Source: an uncultured Candidatus Rokubacteria bacterium (lineage in GTDB: Bacteria > Methylomirabilota > Methylomirabilia > Rokubacteriales > DASRDR01). From it: a DNA stretch of 64,000 nt. The stretch is from the NCBI GenBank assembly GCA_963826115.1, contig CAWGVS010000004.1:196373-260372 (forward strand), given 5' to 3'. The notes under the pieces were generated by a model. That model worked only from the letters and a program-made list of their open reading frames with translations. It was not told the DNA's origin and did not search any database. Below, piece by piece: positions 38,818 through 48,692 of this stretch. How positions within the stretch are numbered: the first letter of the stretch is position 1; each line of letters begins with the position of its first letter. Position numbers and translations under genes: made by a program.

Positions 38818-40458
38818 GTGATCGCCGGCGCGCTCGGGGCGGCTCGCGAGATCGGCCGGGACGTGGCCGTGGGCGCGCGGTTCGCCACGGGGGTGGCGCG
38901 CTTTCTCCGTCGCCCGCTCGGTCCCGCTGCGGCGCGCGCGGCGCTTCGCCGGCGCCTCGCGGAGCGGGAGGCGGAGTTCGTGGATCTCCTCCGCCGCGGG
39001 ATCTACGCCAACCCACGAAGCCCCTACGCGCGGCTCCTCGCGCACGCCGGCTGCGAGCCCGCCGACCTCGAGCGGCTCGTCCGGGATCAGGGCGTCGAGG
39101 GGGCGCTCCACACGCTGTATCGCGCCGGGGTGTACTTGACCGTGGAGGAGTTCAAAGCCCGCCGGCCGGTCGAGCGGGGCGGCCTCCGGTTCGTCGTCGA
39201 TCAGGCGGATCTGCGCTTCCCGGGGCTCGCCGTACACCTCTCGACGCACTCGAGCGGCAGCCGGGGCGCTGGCACGGCGGTGCCCATCGACTTCGCCACG
39301 ATCCGCGACCGCGTCGTCAACACGTGCCTCATCGTGGAGGCTCGCGGCGGTGGCAGCTGGCCGAAGGCCATCTGGGGCTCTCCGGGCGGCTCGGTCGTCA
39401 CGGCCGTGCGGTTCAGCGGGTTCGGGGCGCCGCTGGCGCGCTGGTTCCTCCAGGTCAGCCCGAGCGCGCCCGGCCTCCACCGAAACTACCGGCGGAGCAT
39501 CCTCGCGCTGCGGCTCGGGAGCCTGGTGTCGGGGCGGCCCTTGCCCTGGCCGGAGTACGTCCCGCTCGATGCCCCCCTGGCGATCGTCCGATGGATGCGG
39601 GCGGAGCGGGCCGCGGGCCGCACGCCGCACCTCTGCTGGGCGTACCCGAGCTCGGCAGTCCGCCTGGCCGAGGCGGCGCTGGAGGCGGGCCTGGACCTCG
39701 CGGGCGTCGAGATGACGCTCCTCGGCGAGCCGATCACGACCGCGCGCCTCGCGGCCATCGGACGGGCGGGCGCCCGCGCCATCCCCGCGTACGGAAGCGG
39801 GGAGGCAGGCCTGATCGCGAACGGGTGCCTGGCTCCCGGTGCCCCCGACGACGTGCACCTCTACACGGATTTGCAGGCGATGATCCAGCCCGGGCCTGAC
39901 GCGGCCCGCCCCGGGCTGCCGCCCAGGGCGCTCCTGATTTCCTCGCTCCGGCCGACGGCGGCGCTCGTGCTCCTCAACGTCTCGATGGGCGATCAGGCGG
40001 AGATGGACGAGCGCCCCTGCGGGTGCCCCATGGCCGACCTCGGATGGACGACGCATCTCTCGGGTATCCGGAGCTACGAGAAGCTGACGGCGGGCGGCAT
40101 GACCTTCCTCGACACCGACATCATCCGCGTCCTGGAGAACGTGCTCCCGGCGCGGTTCGGCGGGGGACCGACCCACTACCAGCTCGTCGAGGAAGAGGAC
40201 GACGGGGGACGGCCGCGGCTGCGGCTGCTCGTCGATCCCGCGGCGGGTGAGCTTGATCCGGCCCAGGTGGCGGATGTCTTCCTCAGCGCGATCGGGGGCG
40301 GCACGGGGGTGGAACGCGTCATGGAGCTCGAGTGGCGGCAGGCGCGCATCCTGGAGGTCCGGCGTGAGCGGCCCCGGTCGGCTCCGTCCGGCAAGATTTC
40401 GCATTTGCACGTCGAGCCACGCGCCGGGCGCCCGTCCCCGTCCGTGTCCGGCGGGTGA
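38818..40458 (+). CDS. ANL-superfamily (PaaK-like) adenylate-forming protein
   Basis: SSGSRG loop, YGSGE, LLN...GD, RS.EKL, SGK; alternative start ATG 38788. Confidence 0.7.
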   Translation: MIAGALGAAREIGRDVAVGARFATGVARFLRRPLGPAAARAALRRRLAEREAEFVDLLRRGIYANPRSPYARLLAHAGCEPADLERLVRDQGVEGALHTLYRAGVYLTVEEFKARRPVERGGLRFVVDQADLRFPGLAVHLSTHSSGSRGAGTAVPIDFATIRDRVVNTCLIVEARGGGSWPKAIWGSPGGSVVTAVRFSGFGAPLARWFLQVSPSAPGLHRNYRRSILALRLGSLVSGRPLPWPEYVPLDAPLAIVRWMRAERAAGRTPHLCWAYPSSAVRLAEAALEAGLDLAGVEMTLLGEPITTARLAAIGRAGARAIPAYGSGEAGLIANGCLAPGAPDDVHLYTDLQAMIQPGPDAARPGLPPRALLISSLRPTAALVLLNVSMGDQAEMDERPCGCPMADLGWTTHLSGIRSYEKLTAGGMTFLDTDIIRVLENVLPARFGGGPTHYQLVEEEDDGGRPRLRLLVDPAAGELDPAQVADVFLSAIGGGTGVERVMELEWRQARILEVRRERPRSAPSGKISHLHVEPRAGRPSPSVSGG

Positions 40459-40465
40459 GACGCGG

Positions 40466-41113
40466 GTGCTGGAGCGGCGATGGTCGCGGCGCGGCCCCGA
40501 CGCGCGTCTGGCCCGGGAGCGCTACGCGCGCCTCGCGGCCACCTTCGATCCCTCGGCCCTAGAGCCGCTCCGCCGGCGGGCGATCGCGCGGCTGGCCGCG
40601 GGCCCGGGCGAGACAGTCCTCGACGTCGGCTGTGGCACCGGGGCCAGCTTCGATCTGATCGAGGCGGGCATCGGCCCGGCGGGCCGCCTCATCGGCGTCG
40701 ACCAGAGCCGCGAGATGCTGGCCCGCGCTCGGGCGCGGGTCAGAGACGCAGGCTGGAAAAACGTGACGCTGGTGGAATCCCCGGCGGACGCCATGCCCGC
40801 GGTCGGTCCGGTGGATCGCGCGCTGATCTTCTACGTTCACGACGTCATGCGATCCCCGGCGGCCCTGGACCGCATCCTGGCCGAGGTGCGACCAGGCGGC
40901 CACGTCGTCGCCGCCGGCCCGCGCTGGGCCCCGTGGTGGGCCTTCCCCCTGAGCCTGTGGATCTGGCACATCGCGCGCCCTTACCACACGACGTTCGAGG
41001 GCTTTCGGCGCCCCTGGAGCCACCTCGCGGCCCGCGTGACTCACCGGGACGTCGAGCGCACCGTGTTCGGCCGCGCGTGCTTCTCCTACATCGCGGTCGC
41101 CACGATGCGGTAG
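40466..41113 (+). CDS. Class I SAM-dependent methyltransferase (UbiE-like fold)
   Basis: RY...A..FD, GETVLDVGCGTG, GVD.S.EML..A, RPGG. Confidence 0.88.
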   Translation: MLERRWSRRGPDARLARERYARLAATFDPSALEPLRRRAIARLAAGPGETVLDVGCGTGASFDLIEAGIGPAGRLIGVDQSREMLARARARVRDAGWKNVTLVESPADAMPAVGPVDRALIFYVHDVMRSPAALDRILAEVRPGGHVVAAGPRWAPWWAFPLSLWIWHIARPYHTTFEGFRRPWSHLAARVTHRDVERTVFGRACFSYIAVATMR

Positions 41114-41201
41114 GGGCCCTTCACGGCCTCCGTGCTGTGACGCGTCCCGGGGCTTGCTGTCCCGGGTCCACTCGGGTCGGAGGGGAGACTCGGGGAAAAT
41201 G

Positions 41202-41257
41202 GTTTTGGACAAATTTGGGTGTTCCCTTGGGACTTCCGCGGCCCCGGCGCGCATGAT
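41202..41257 (+). promoter_or_regulatory. Operator/promoter motif, copy 1
   Basis: GTTTTGGAcAAATTT-N5-TTCCCTtGGGACTTCCgCGGC-N9-CATGAT; 34/41 identical to copy 2 at 44466. Confidence 0.75.
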
Positions 41258-41272
41258 GTTGATGGACGAAGC

Positions 41273-41524
41273 ATGGCGCACGACGCGGCTCACGAGGGGG
41301 CGGAGCGCCCCGTTTCAGGTCGCGCTCACACCCCGGCGCTCCCGTACGCGAAGGCGTTCGTCGTGCAGTTCAGCGCGGAGACCGACCCCCGACACGGGAC
41401 GGTCGCGGGGCGGATCGAGCACCTGCAGACGGGCCGCCGATCCCGGTTCGTGTCCACCGACGAGCTGCTCGCGTGGATCATGGCGATGCTCGCCGGCGCG
41501 GATGCTGCTCGTGAGGATCGATGA
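41273..41524 (+). CDS. Small hypothetical protein (AFVVQF...GRIEH..G...F.S..ELL motif)
   Basis: 83 aa; compact beta-beta-beta-alpha-like pattern; directly downstream of motif copy 1. Confidence 0.75.
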   Translation: MAHDAAHEGAERPVSGRAHTPALPYAKAFVVQFSAETDPRHGTVAGRIEHLQTGRRSRFVSTDELLAWIMAMLAGADAAREDR

Positions 41525-41595
41525 CGGGGCCGAGTGTCGAGGAGGCTCGGCTTCGGACGAAGGGCCGGCGCTGCGCGGTCGTGTCGATTCGTCCG

Positions 41596-44442
41596 TCAGC
41601 GTGACGGCTTGCGCGGCGCAGGGGCCCCGGCGTCCCGCCGGCTGGCGCGCCGCTCCAGCATGTGCGCCCCCTGGGCACGCGCCACCGCTCGAGCTTTCTC
41701 GAAGCACTCCTCCGATTCACGGATCGCGCCCCGCTGCGGCCGCGCCTTGGAGCGGGCCCCTCGGAGGATCAACTCTCCTCTGACGCGCCACAGCTCGGCC
41801 TCGAAGAGGCGGGCGCCGGTGTCGCGACAGTGGCTCAACCCGGTGTCGGTGGCGGCAAGGCCCTCATCCACGCGGTCCAGCCGCAGACATGCCCCGGCGA
41901 GCAAGGAGAACCACAGCGACGCGGCGAGGCGTATCTTGGCCCGCCGCAGCACGTCGAGCCCCCCGCGGATCTCGGCAAGGCCTCGCTCACCCTCGCCCTG
42001 CTCGACGAGCGCCCGGCCACGGATGACGAGCGCGGTCCCGGACCAGAGCGGGAAGCCGTACTCGTCCGAGAGATCGGCCGCCCTGGTGGCCATCCTCGCC
42101 GCCTCCTTCCACTCGCCGTCGAGCACGCGTAGAAATGCGGCATACGCCGCGGCGTGGGCGACCGTGAAGTGGCGGCCGAGCCGCTCGGCCAGCGCCATGG
42201 CCTCCCCCTGCACGACCCGCGCACGATCCGGCTCGGCGCGCACCCATCGGCGGAGGCTTTCGAAGGACCGCGCCGCGACGAGAGGATTGACCCCGTAGAG
42301 CCGATCCGCCTCCTCGGGACTCACCGGCGACGACAGCGTCCTGGCCAGGAAGGGTTCCGCGGCATCCAGGTTGCCGCCCCACAAGGCGACCCCCCCGCGG
42401 AGGAAGGCGGCCTCCACTACGGCGGACGGGTTCAGCTGCTCTGAAAGCGGCGACAGTTCTTCGCCGACCCGTTCCGCCTCGCGCAAGTCACCGCCGTTGC
42501 TGTGCAGCAGGCAGAGAGCACAGAGGACGTCGAAGAGCCCGGCAGGGTCCGCCACCTGCTCGCACAGGCGTCGCGCGCGTGTCAGGTTGTCGAGCAATCC
42601 CTCGGCCACGTACCCGGCGGTCTGGGACAGCACGACGGTGTACAGCTGGCGCAGGCGCAGCTCGTCCCGGGCTCGGTCCGGCGTGTCCGGCAGCTCACCG
42701 AGGAGCCGGAGGGCCGGTTCCAGACACGCGACGGCGTCGCGGTAGGCGAGCCGGCCGTACGCTCGCTTTGCGGCTTGCTCGAGATACGTGACGGCCCGTC
42801 GTCGATCGCGGCTGTGCTGGAAATGGACGGCCAGCTCGCCCGACACCTCGGCGGTTCGGGCCGCGTACCCGGCCTCGATGCGTTGGCCGATCTGCTGGTG
42901 GAGGATGGCCCGCCGGCTCGGCGAGAGGCGGGCGTAGAGCACGCGCTGATAAAGGGCGTGCCCAAAGGCGTAGCGGACCGCCAGAGTACCGTCCGGCCAC
43001 TCGACGCTCCGTCGGTGGTGAAGCCAGCGACGAGGGCGGCACAGCTCATCGCAGAGTGACTCGACCTCGTCGAGCGCGCGGCCGAGGCCCGCGGCCACCG
43101 CCGGCGCGTCGAACACCACCCCGCCGACGCTCGCGACCTCGAGCACGTCTCGCTCGGGACGCGACACGAACCTGAGCTGCCCCTCGATGAGCTGCTGGAT
43201 GTCGTCCGGTACCTCCTGCTCGATCGCCGCGCGGTCAGCGGACAACCGCCAGACGCCCCCGTCCTCGGCCAGCCAGCCGTGGTCCAGGAGATGCTCCACC
43301 AGCCTCACCATGAAGAGGGGATTGCCGTCCGTATGCGCGTGGACGACGGCGGCGACCTCGTCGTCTACCATCGCGCCGCGGAAACGATCTCGCAGGTATG
43401 TCGCCACGTGGCTCCGGCTCAGGTACTCGAGCGCGATCTCCCGGCACTGACGGTGCGTGCGCAGCGTCGCCACGACCTGGGCGAACGGGTGGTCGAGCAC
43501 CGTCGCCTCCGCCGGCCGATAGGTACCCAGGAGCATGACTCGCGCCCGCTCGGGCCGTTGCGCGAGCACCGAGACGAGATCCGCCGTGCCCTGGTCGCTC
43601 CAGTGCAGGTCCTCCAGGACCAGCACCAGGGGGCCATCGACGGAGACCGCCTCCACCAGGCTCGCGAACTCGCGCAGCATGCGGTGGGGCGTGGTGTCGG
43701 TGTCCCCGCGCCCGGGCCGTCCCGCGTCGGCGGGCGAGTGAAGCGAGGGCATCCGCGCCAGCCAGCTCGGGGCGACGGCGCGCAGCGTGGAGAGCAGCCG
43801 GTCGCGGGCCGGCCCGTGGCTCAGCCGCTCCAGGGTCTCCAGGGCCGGCATGTAAGGCTCCCGCTCCCCGTGCTGCTCGACGCACTGGCCATAGCCGATC
43901 AGGACGCCGTCGGCCGACGCCCGCAGCGCGCCCAGGAAGGACTCGACGATCGAGGTTTTGCCGATGCCGGGTTCGCCCTGCATGAACACCACTTGGCGCT
44001 GACCGGCGGACGCGGTCTGGAAGATGGCCCGGAGCGTCGCGAGCTCGGTGTCGCGGCCCACCAGGATCGCAGGGGATCCCACTCCCGGGGCGGGCGGGGG
44101 CGCGCCCCCCGACTCGAGTCCACGCTCCCCGGCTGGGGTCCCGTGTACTCGGGCGATGAAGCGAACCCCCCGGCGGTGAACGGTCTCGATGACGCGGGGG
44201 ACTCGCGGATCATCTCCGAGAGCCCGCCGCAGCTCGCCCAGCGTCTGCGTGAGCGTGTCGTCGGACACTACGACGTCGCCCCAGACGGCCGCATGCAGCT
44301 CTTCCTTTGTCACTAGCGCGCCGGGCCGCTCGGCCAGATAGCGCAGCAAAGCCCAGGCCTTGGGACGCAACTCCACCGCGCGGTCGCCGTGCCAGAGGCG
44401 GCCCGCGCGCGTGTCCAGCCGGTAGGGCGGGAATTCAATCAC
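41596..44442 (-). CDS. OmpR-type winged-helix / AAA (STAND) ATPase / TPR transcriptional regulator
   Basis: L.PK...L..L..RPG.LVTKEEL...W...LR..L.D....P..IETVHRRG; GEPGIGKT; LVLEDLHW.D; GNPLF; helical repeats. Confidence 0.9.
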   Translation of the reverse strand: MIEFPPYRLDTRAGRLWHGDRAVELRPKAWALLRYLAERPGALVTKEELHAAVWGDVVVSDDTLTQTLGELRRALGDDPRVPRVIETVHRRGVRFIARVHGTPAGERGLESGGAPPPAPGVGSPAILVGRDTELATLRAIFQTASAGQRQVVFMQGEPGIGKTSIVESFLGALRASADGVLIGYGQCVEQHGEREPYMPALETLERLSHGPARDRLLSTLRAVAPSWLARMPSLHSPADAGRPGRGDTDTTPHRMLREFASLVEAVSVDGPLVLVLEDLHWSDQGTADLVSVLAQRPERARVMLLGTYRPAEATVLDHPFAQVVATLRTHRQCREIALEYLSRSHVATYLRDRFRGAMVDDEVAAVVHAHTDGNPLFMVRLVEHLLDHGWLAEDGGVWRLSADRAAIEQEVPDDIQQLIEGQLRFVSRPERDVLEVASVGGVVFDAPAVAAGLGRALDEVESLCDELCRPRRWLHHRRSVEWPDGTLAVRYAFGHALYQRVLYARLSPSRRAILHQQIGQRIEAGYAARTAEVSGELAVHFQHSRDRRRAVTYLEQAAKRAYGRLAYRDAVACLEPALRLLGELPDTPDRARDELRLRQLYTVVLSQTAGYVAEGLLDNLTRARRLCEQVADPAGLFDVLCALCLLHSNGGDLREAERVGEELSPLSEQLNPSAVVEAAFLRGGVALWGGNLDAAEPFLARTLSSPVSPEEADRLYGVNPLVAARSFESLRRWVRAEPDRARVVQGEAMALAERLGRHFTVAHAAAYAAFLRVLDGEWKEAARMATRAADLSDEYGFPLWSGTALVIRGRALVEQGEGERGLAEIRGGLDVLRRAKIRLAASLWFSLLAGACLRLDRVDEGLAATDTGLSHCRDTGARLFEAELWRVRGELILRGARSKARPQRGAIRESEECFEKARAVARAQGAHMLERRASRRDAGAPAPRKPSR

Positions 44443-44465
44443 CGCGCTTACCAGGAGGGCGAGGC

Positions 44466-44522
44466 GTTTTGGAGAAATTTACGGATTCCCTCGGGACTTC
44501 CCCGGCGCCATCCGCTCATGAT
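44466..44522 (+). promoter_or_regulatory. Operator/promoter motif, copy 2
   Basis: GTTTTGGAgAAATTT-N5-TTCCCTcGGGACTTCCcCGGC-N10-CATGAT, starting 24 bp upstream of the regulator start codon. Confidence 0.75.
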
Positions 44523-44830
44523 CCCCGCGGGGACGCTCATGGCGAGAGGCTCGACCCGAGTGAGGACGGCAGAAGCCTTCCGAACCCTCCGGCTACCCCA
44601 GGCGTCTGCCGGAGGTAACGCTGTCATTTCGCGAGGATACCACGCGGCGCGCGGACACCACGCGCCAGGACCGCTATGGGACCAAGGTCCTATAGACGCC
44701 CCCCAGGAGAAGTTGCTACAAGCGCATCGCCACAACCTCCCAGGGGCGGACGTCGTGCATTCGACCATCGACTCCGAATGGTCGGGGCCGGGCCGTGACA
44801 TCGGAATAACCGGGGGTGTCCGGAGAGGAG

Positions 44831-44889
44831 CTTCGAATGAACGATAGCGCCGCGGTCCTTCGAATGAACGATAGCACCACGGTCCTTCG
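44831..44889 (+). repeat. 27-bp tandem duplication spanning a start codon
   Basis: CTTCGAATGAACGATAGCGCCGCGGTC / CTTCGAATGAACGATAGCACCACGGTC / CTTCG. Confidence 0.9.
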
Positions 44890-45925
44890 CGCGATGTTGG
44901 CGGAGAACGACCGACTGCGCGAGCGCCTGGAGGCCGAGTGCGCATACCTCAAGACCGAGCTCGGCGAGGCTCGGGACTTCACCGAGATCGTCGGGCACAG
45001 CGCCGCCATCCGCGCGACCCTGGAGAAAGTACGCCAAGTCGCCGACACCAGCGCGCCCGTGCTGCTCTTCGGGGAGACCGGTACCGGCAAGGAACTGCTC
45101 GCTCGCGCCCTGCACACGCACGGCCAGAACCGCGACGGCCCTTTCATCGCGGTGAACTGCGCGGCCCTGCCCGCCGCGCTCATCGAGAGCGAGCTCTTCG
45201 GACACGAGAAGGGCGCGTTCACCGGCGCGGGCCACGTCAAGCCCGGCCGCTTCGAGCTCGCCGACGGCGGCACCCTCCTCTTCGACGAGGTCGGGGAGCT
45301 CGACCTCCCCCTTCAGGCGAAGCTCCTCCGCGTCCTCGAGGACGGCGTGATTCAGCGGCTCGGCGCGACCGTGACGCGGAAGGTCGACGTCCGGGTCATC
45401 GCCGCCACGAACCGCGATCTGCGCCGCGACATGTGCGCGGGTCGCTTCCGCGCGGACCTTTACTATCGGTTGGCCGTCTTTCCCATCGAGGTGCCACCCC
45501 TCCGGGACCGACGCGAGGACATCCCGCTCCTCGCCTGGCATTTCGTCGAATCGCGCCAGCGGTCGCTCCGGCGCGCGATCACGAGGGTTCCCAAGAGCAC
45601 GATGGCTGCCCTCCAGGCCTATGACTGGCCCGGGAACGTCCGGGAGCTACAGAACGTGATCGAGCGGGCGCTGATCCTGTCGCCCGGGTCGGTCCTCCGC
45701 GTCGACGAGGTGCTGGGACCGGGGACCGCCGCCGGGGATGACGCCGGCTCGCGCTCTTCCACCGAATCTCTCCAGGACATCGCGCGAGCCCACATCGTCC
45801 AGGTGCTCGAGCGGTGCCGATGGACGATCGAAGGACGCGGACAGGCGGCCGAGCGTCTCGGCCTGAATCCGAGCACTTTGCGGAATCGGATGCGGAAGCT
45901 CGACATCACGCGCCCGGCTCCGTAG
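44837..45925 (+). CDS. sigma54-dependent activator (AAA+ and Fis HTH) with no N-terminal sensor domain
   Basis: SD GAGAGGAG; [50 protein letters not shown]; only about 45 aa of coiled-coil-like sequence precede the AAA+ domain. Confidence 0.93.
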   Translation: MNDSAAVLRMNDSTTVLRAMLAENDRLRERLEAECAYLKTELGEARDFTEIVGHSAAIRATLEKVRQVADTSAPVLLFGETGTGKELLARALHTHGQNRDGPFIAVNCAALPAALIESELFGHEKGAFTGAGHVKPGRFELADGGTLLFDEVGELDLPLQAKLLRVLEDGVIQRLGATVTRKVDVRVIAATNRDLRRDMCAGRFRADLYYRLAVFPIEVPPLRDRREDIPLLAWHFVESRQRSLRRAITRVPKSTMAALQAYDWPGNVRELQNVIERALILSPGSVLRVDEVLGPGTAAGDDAGSRSSTESLQDIARAHIVQVLERCRWTIEGRGQAAERLGLNPSTLRNRMRKLDITRPAP

Positions 45926-46183
45926 GCGCCGGGCCGCTGGGCGTCAGCGAACCGGCTGGATCCTCGACCCCGCGGCCTTGCGCACCGGGCGGGATGTCTC
46001 TTCGTGGTGCCGCGGGCGGTAGCGCGGCGCGGGCAGCGGATCCGGGGGATGGGCGCGACTGAGGGTCTCGCGGGGGCGAGATGGAGGAACGAAGGCGGTG
46101 CTACCTCAGGGCGCCGCCTTCCCGCCGAGGGTTATTGACAGCGGCGGTCACCACCGAGTCTGGACGCACCGAAGGGGGTTGAC

Positions 46184-46618
46184 ATGAAACACATCGGGTT
46201 CCTGGCAGTCACCTTCACTGTCGTGCTCACCTGTGTTTCCGGCGCAGGGGCGCTGGAGGTCAAGGACAAGACCAAGGCCCCGCCGGGGTGGTGGGAGGCG
46301 ACCGGTCCGATGGCCATTCCGCCCCAGTATTTCGATCAGATCCTGTCCGCGTACGGCCTGACGCTGGTCGATGTCAGCAAGGCGCCACCAAACTATGCGC
46401 GCAAGGTCGGCGACAAGGTCGTCTGGGAGATGGCGCCGCGGACGTACACGCCGCCGGAGATGGACCAGATCCTCTCCGCCTACGGGGTGAAGCTGACTGA
46501 CCTGGAGAAGGTCCCGCCCACGTACGCGCGCGCGGTTGACGGAAAGCCCAAGTTCGAATCCGGCCCGATCGCGTGGGGGCCTCGGGAGATCGACAAGATT
46601 CTGGCGGCCTACCAGTAG
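46184..46618 (+). CDS. Exported protein with 43-aa internal repeats
   Basis: Signal peptide AGA-L; DQILSAYG/DQILSAYG/DKILAAY exactly 129 nt apart (46334, 46463, 46592). Confidence 0.85.
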   Translation: MKHIGFLAVTFTVVLTCVSGAGALEVKDKTKAPPGWWEATGPMAIPPQYFDQILSAYGLTLVDVSKAPPNYARKVGDKVVWEMAPRTYTPPEMDQILSAYGVKLTDLEKVPPTYARAVDGKPKFESGPIAWGPREIDKILAAYQ

Positions 46619-46876
46619 GACTGGCACTGAGGCAGGGTGCGGTCGCCGGGCAGGTCGCCAGCGGATCAGCGGGGCCTGCCCGGTGACGGCACGGACGACC
46701 CGGGACGTCCTGGAGGCGGCACGCCCCGGCCTACTTCGTCGGGGTGACGGTTGCTCTTGCCACCCGTCGGATGCAACGGTCCGCCGCCGCCCGTGGTGGC
46801 CAGGGCTGCACGGCCGGGGACGTCTCGCGTGGAGTATCCCACGAACTCACGCGGGCTTCCGGACGGACGTGCCCCA

Positions 46877-46891
46877 TGGAACGGTTCTTGC
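46877..46891 (+). promoter_or_regulatory. sigma54 (-24/-12) promoter
   Basis: TGGAACG-GTTC-TTGC, correct GG-N10-GC spacing, 143 nt before ATG 47035. Confidence 0.6.
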
Positions 46892-47034
46892 CCTGAAACG
46901 TCGCGGGAAGCCGGCCCTTTGCACGTGACGGCTTCAAGGCCCGTCGAGCCGGTTGGTTCCGGCGAGGGACTGAAGAGGATGCGGTTCCACCTGACGGTCG
47001 GTGTCGACCACCGGCACACCATGGGAGGTTCCAC

Positions 47035-48564
47035 ATGACGGGCATGGAAGTCGTCGGGCCATCCGTAGAACGAATCTCGACAGCGCTGCCCTCGCTCTTG
47101 TTCGCTCTCGGCATCCTGGTTGTTGGGTACGTGATTGCCAAGATCGTCGCCGGGATCGTGAGCCGAGTCCTGGGCCGCACCCATCTCGACGCGCGGGCTG
47201 CCGAGGCCCTCGGATTCGCGGAGCCAGGCGCGGCCGCCACGGTGCGGTCGGTGGGAGCGCGGATCGCCTTCTGGCTCATCATGCTCTTCGTGTTCATCGG
47301 CTTCTTCAACAAGCTGGGGCTGACGCTGGTGGCCGAACCGCTCACGCACGTCGCGGACACGATCGCCCGAGTCGCGCCGAGCTTGCTCCACGCCTGCCTC
47401 ATCTTCGTGGTGGCCTGGATCCTCGCCGGATTGCTCCGGTGGCTGGTCGTGAAGACCCTCACCCGACTCGACGTCGAGCGGCGATTCGGCCACTTCTTCG
47501 TTCCCGAGGGGACGGACCCTCGGGGGCTCTCGCAGACGATGGGCAACCTGACCTTCTATCTCGTGCTCCTCCTGGCCATCCCTCCCTTCCTCGCCGCCCT
47601 GGGACAGAGCGCCCTCGTGGCCCCGCTTTCCGAGATGCTGCGCATCCTGCTCTCCTATCTCCCCAATGTGGCTGCGGCGGCCGTGAGCATCGGACTGGGC
47701 TGGGTGGTTGCGCGGATCCTTCGACAGGTGGTCCGCAATCTTCTGGCCGGGGTCGGCCTCGACCGGGCAGCGGAGCGCGCGGGCCTCGTGCCCGCCGCCG
47801 GTGGGGCGCGCCCGTCGGCCCTGGTGGCGACGATCGTCTACTTCGTGGTCTGGATCCCATTCATCATCGCGGGCCTCGACGCGCTCAAGATCGAGGCGAT
47901 CTCGCGTCCCGCCATCAACGCCCTGGATACCATCCTCGCCTGGGTGCCGAGAGGACTCGGGGGGGCCGTACTCCTGATCCTCGCCTGGGTCGTCAGCCGA
48001 CTGGTGGGGGATCTCGTGACACAGCTGCTCCGCGGCGTCGGGTTCGACGCGGTGCCGGCGCGGCTTGGTCTGGGGGCGCTTCAGGGAGGAAGGACGCCCT
48101 CCGATCTCGTGGGGGTGGCAGTCAGGACGCTCGTCCTGGTCTTTGCCGTCGTCGAGACCTTCGAGGTGATCGGGCTTCACCGACTCGCCGGCTTCGGCGA
48201 CCGGCTGGTGGCCTTCATGATCAACGTCGTGATTGCGACGGCCATTGTCGGTATCGGACTCTGGGCGGGGAACCTGGTACAGGGGCTCGTCCGGGGACCG
48301 CTCGCGCGGTCCGGCGCTCGTCATTCCGAGACGATCGCCGCCTTCTCGAAGTATGCCGTGGTGGTCTTTGCCTTCGCGATGGCACTCCAGCAGATCGGCT
48401 TCGGAGAGACCATCGTGGTGTGGGCCTTTGTCCTGCTCTTCGGGGCCGTCTGCCTGGCCCTGGCGCTCGCGTTCGGCCTGGGCTCCCGCGAGGCGGCGGG
48501 TCGCGCCGTCGCGCGCGCCATTGGAGACGGCACGGGCTCGGGCTCGAGGCCGGGGAGCGCGTGA
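47035..48564 (+). CDS. Multi-TM 'conserved TM helix' repeat protein (CmpX/MscS TM-like)
   Basis: Repeated P....A..I...GW..A units; C-terminal LA.ALAFGLG.RE.A; SD GGAGG. Confidence 0.8.
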   Translation: MTGMEVVGPSVERISTALPSLLFALGILVVGYVIAKIVAGIVSRVLGRTHLDARAAEALGFAEPGAAATVRSVGARIAFWLIMLFVFIGFFNKLGLTLVAEPLTHVADTIARVAPSLLHACLIFVVAWILAGLLRWLVVKTLTRLDVERRFGHFFVPEGTDPRGLSQTMGNLTFYLVLLLAIPPFLAALGQSALVAPLSEMLRILLSYLPNVAAAAVSIGLGWVVARILRQVVRNLLAGVGLDRAAERAGLVPAAGGARPSALVATIVYFVVWIPFIIAGLDALKIEAISRPAINALDTILAWVPRGLGGAVLLILAWVVSRLVGDLVTQLLRGVGFDAVPARLGLGALQGGRTPSDLVGVAVRTLVLVFAVVETFEVIGLHRLAGFGDRLVAFMINVVIATAIVGIGLWAGNLVQGLVRGPLARSGARHSETIAAFSKYAVVVFAFAMALQQIGFGETIVVWAFVLLFGAVCLALALAFGLGSREAAGRAVARAIGDGTGSGSRPGSA

Positions 48565-48692
48565 CGATGAACCGACTCGAGGAGCTGGCACGCGCGGAGG
48601 ACCACGGCCGCGCCCCTCGACAGAGGCGCCCCGGGGAGCGCGATGACCAGAGTGCGTTTGCGGCGCCTACGCTGAACTGAGAGGAGAGAGAC

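Noticed and set aside
44389-44847. 152-aa ORF downstream of motif copy 2
   Set aside because: No motif, atypical codon use, no SD; probably non-coding or decayed
44831-44889. 27-bp repeat as a possible CRISPR array
   Set aside because: Adjacent copies with no spacers, in frame in a CDS, no cas genes
48567-48680. 37-aa ORF between the TM-helix and YSC84 genes
   Set aside because: No recognisable features; cannot be distinguished from chance
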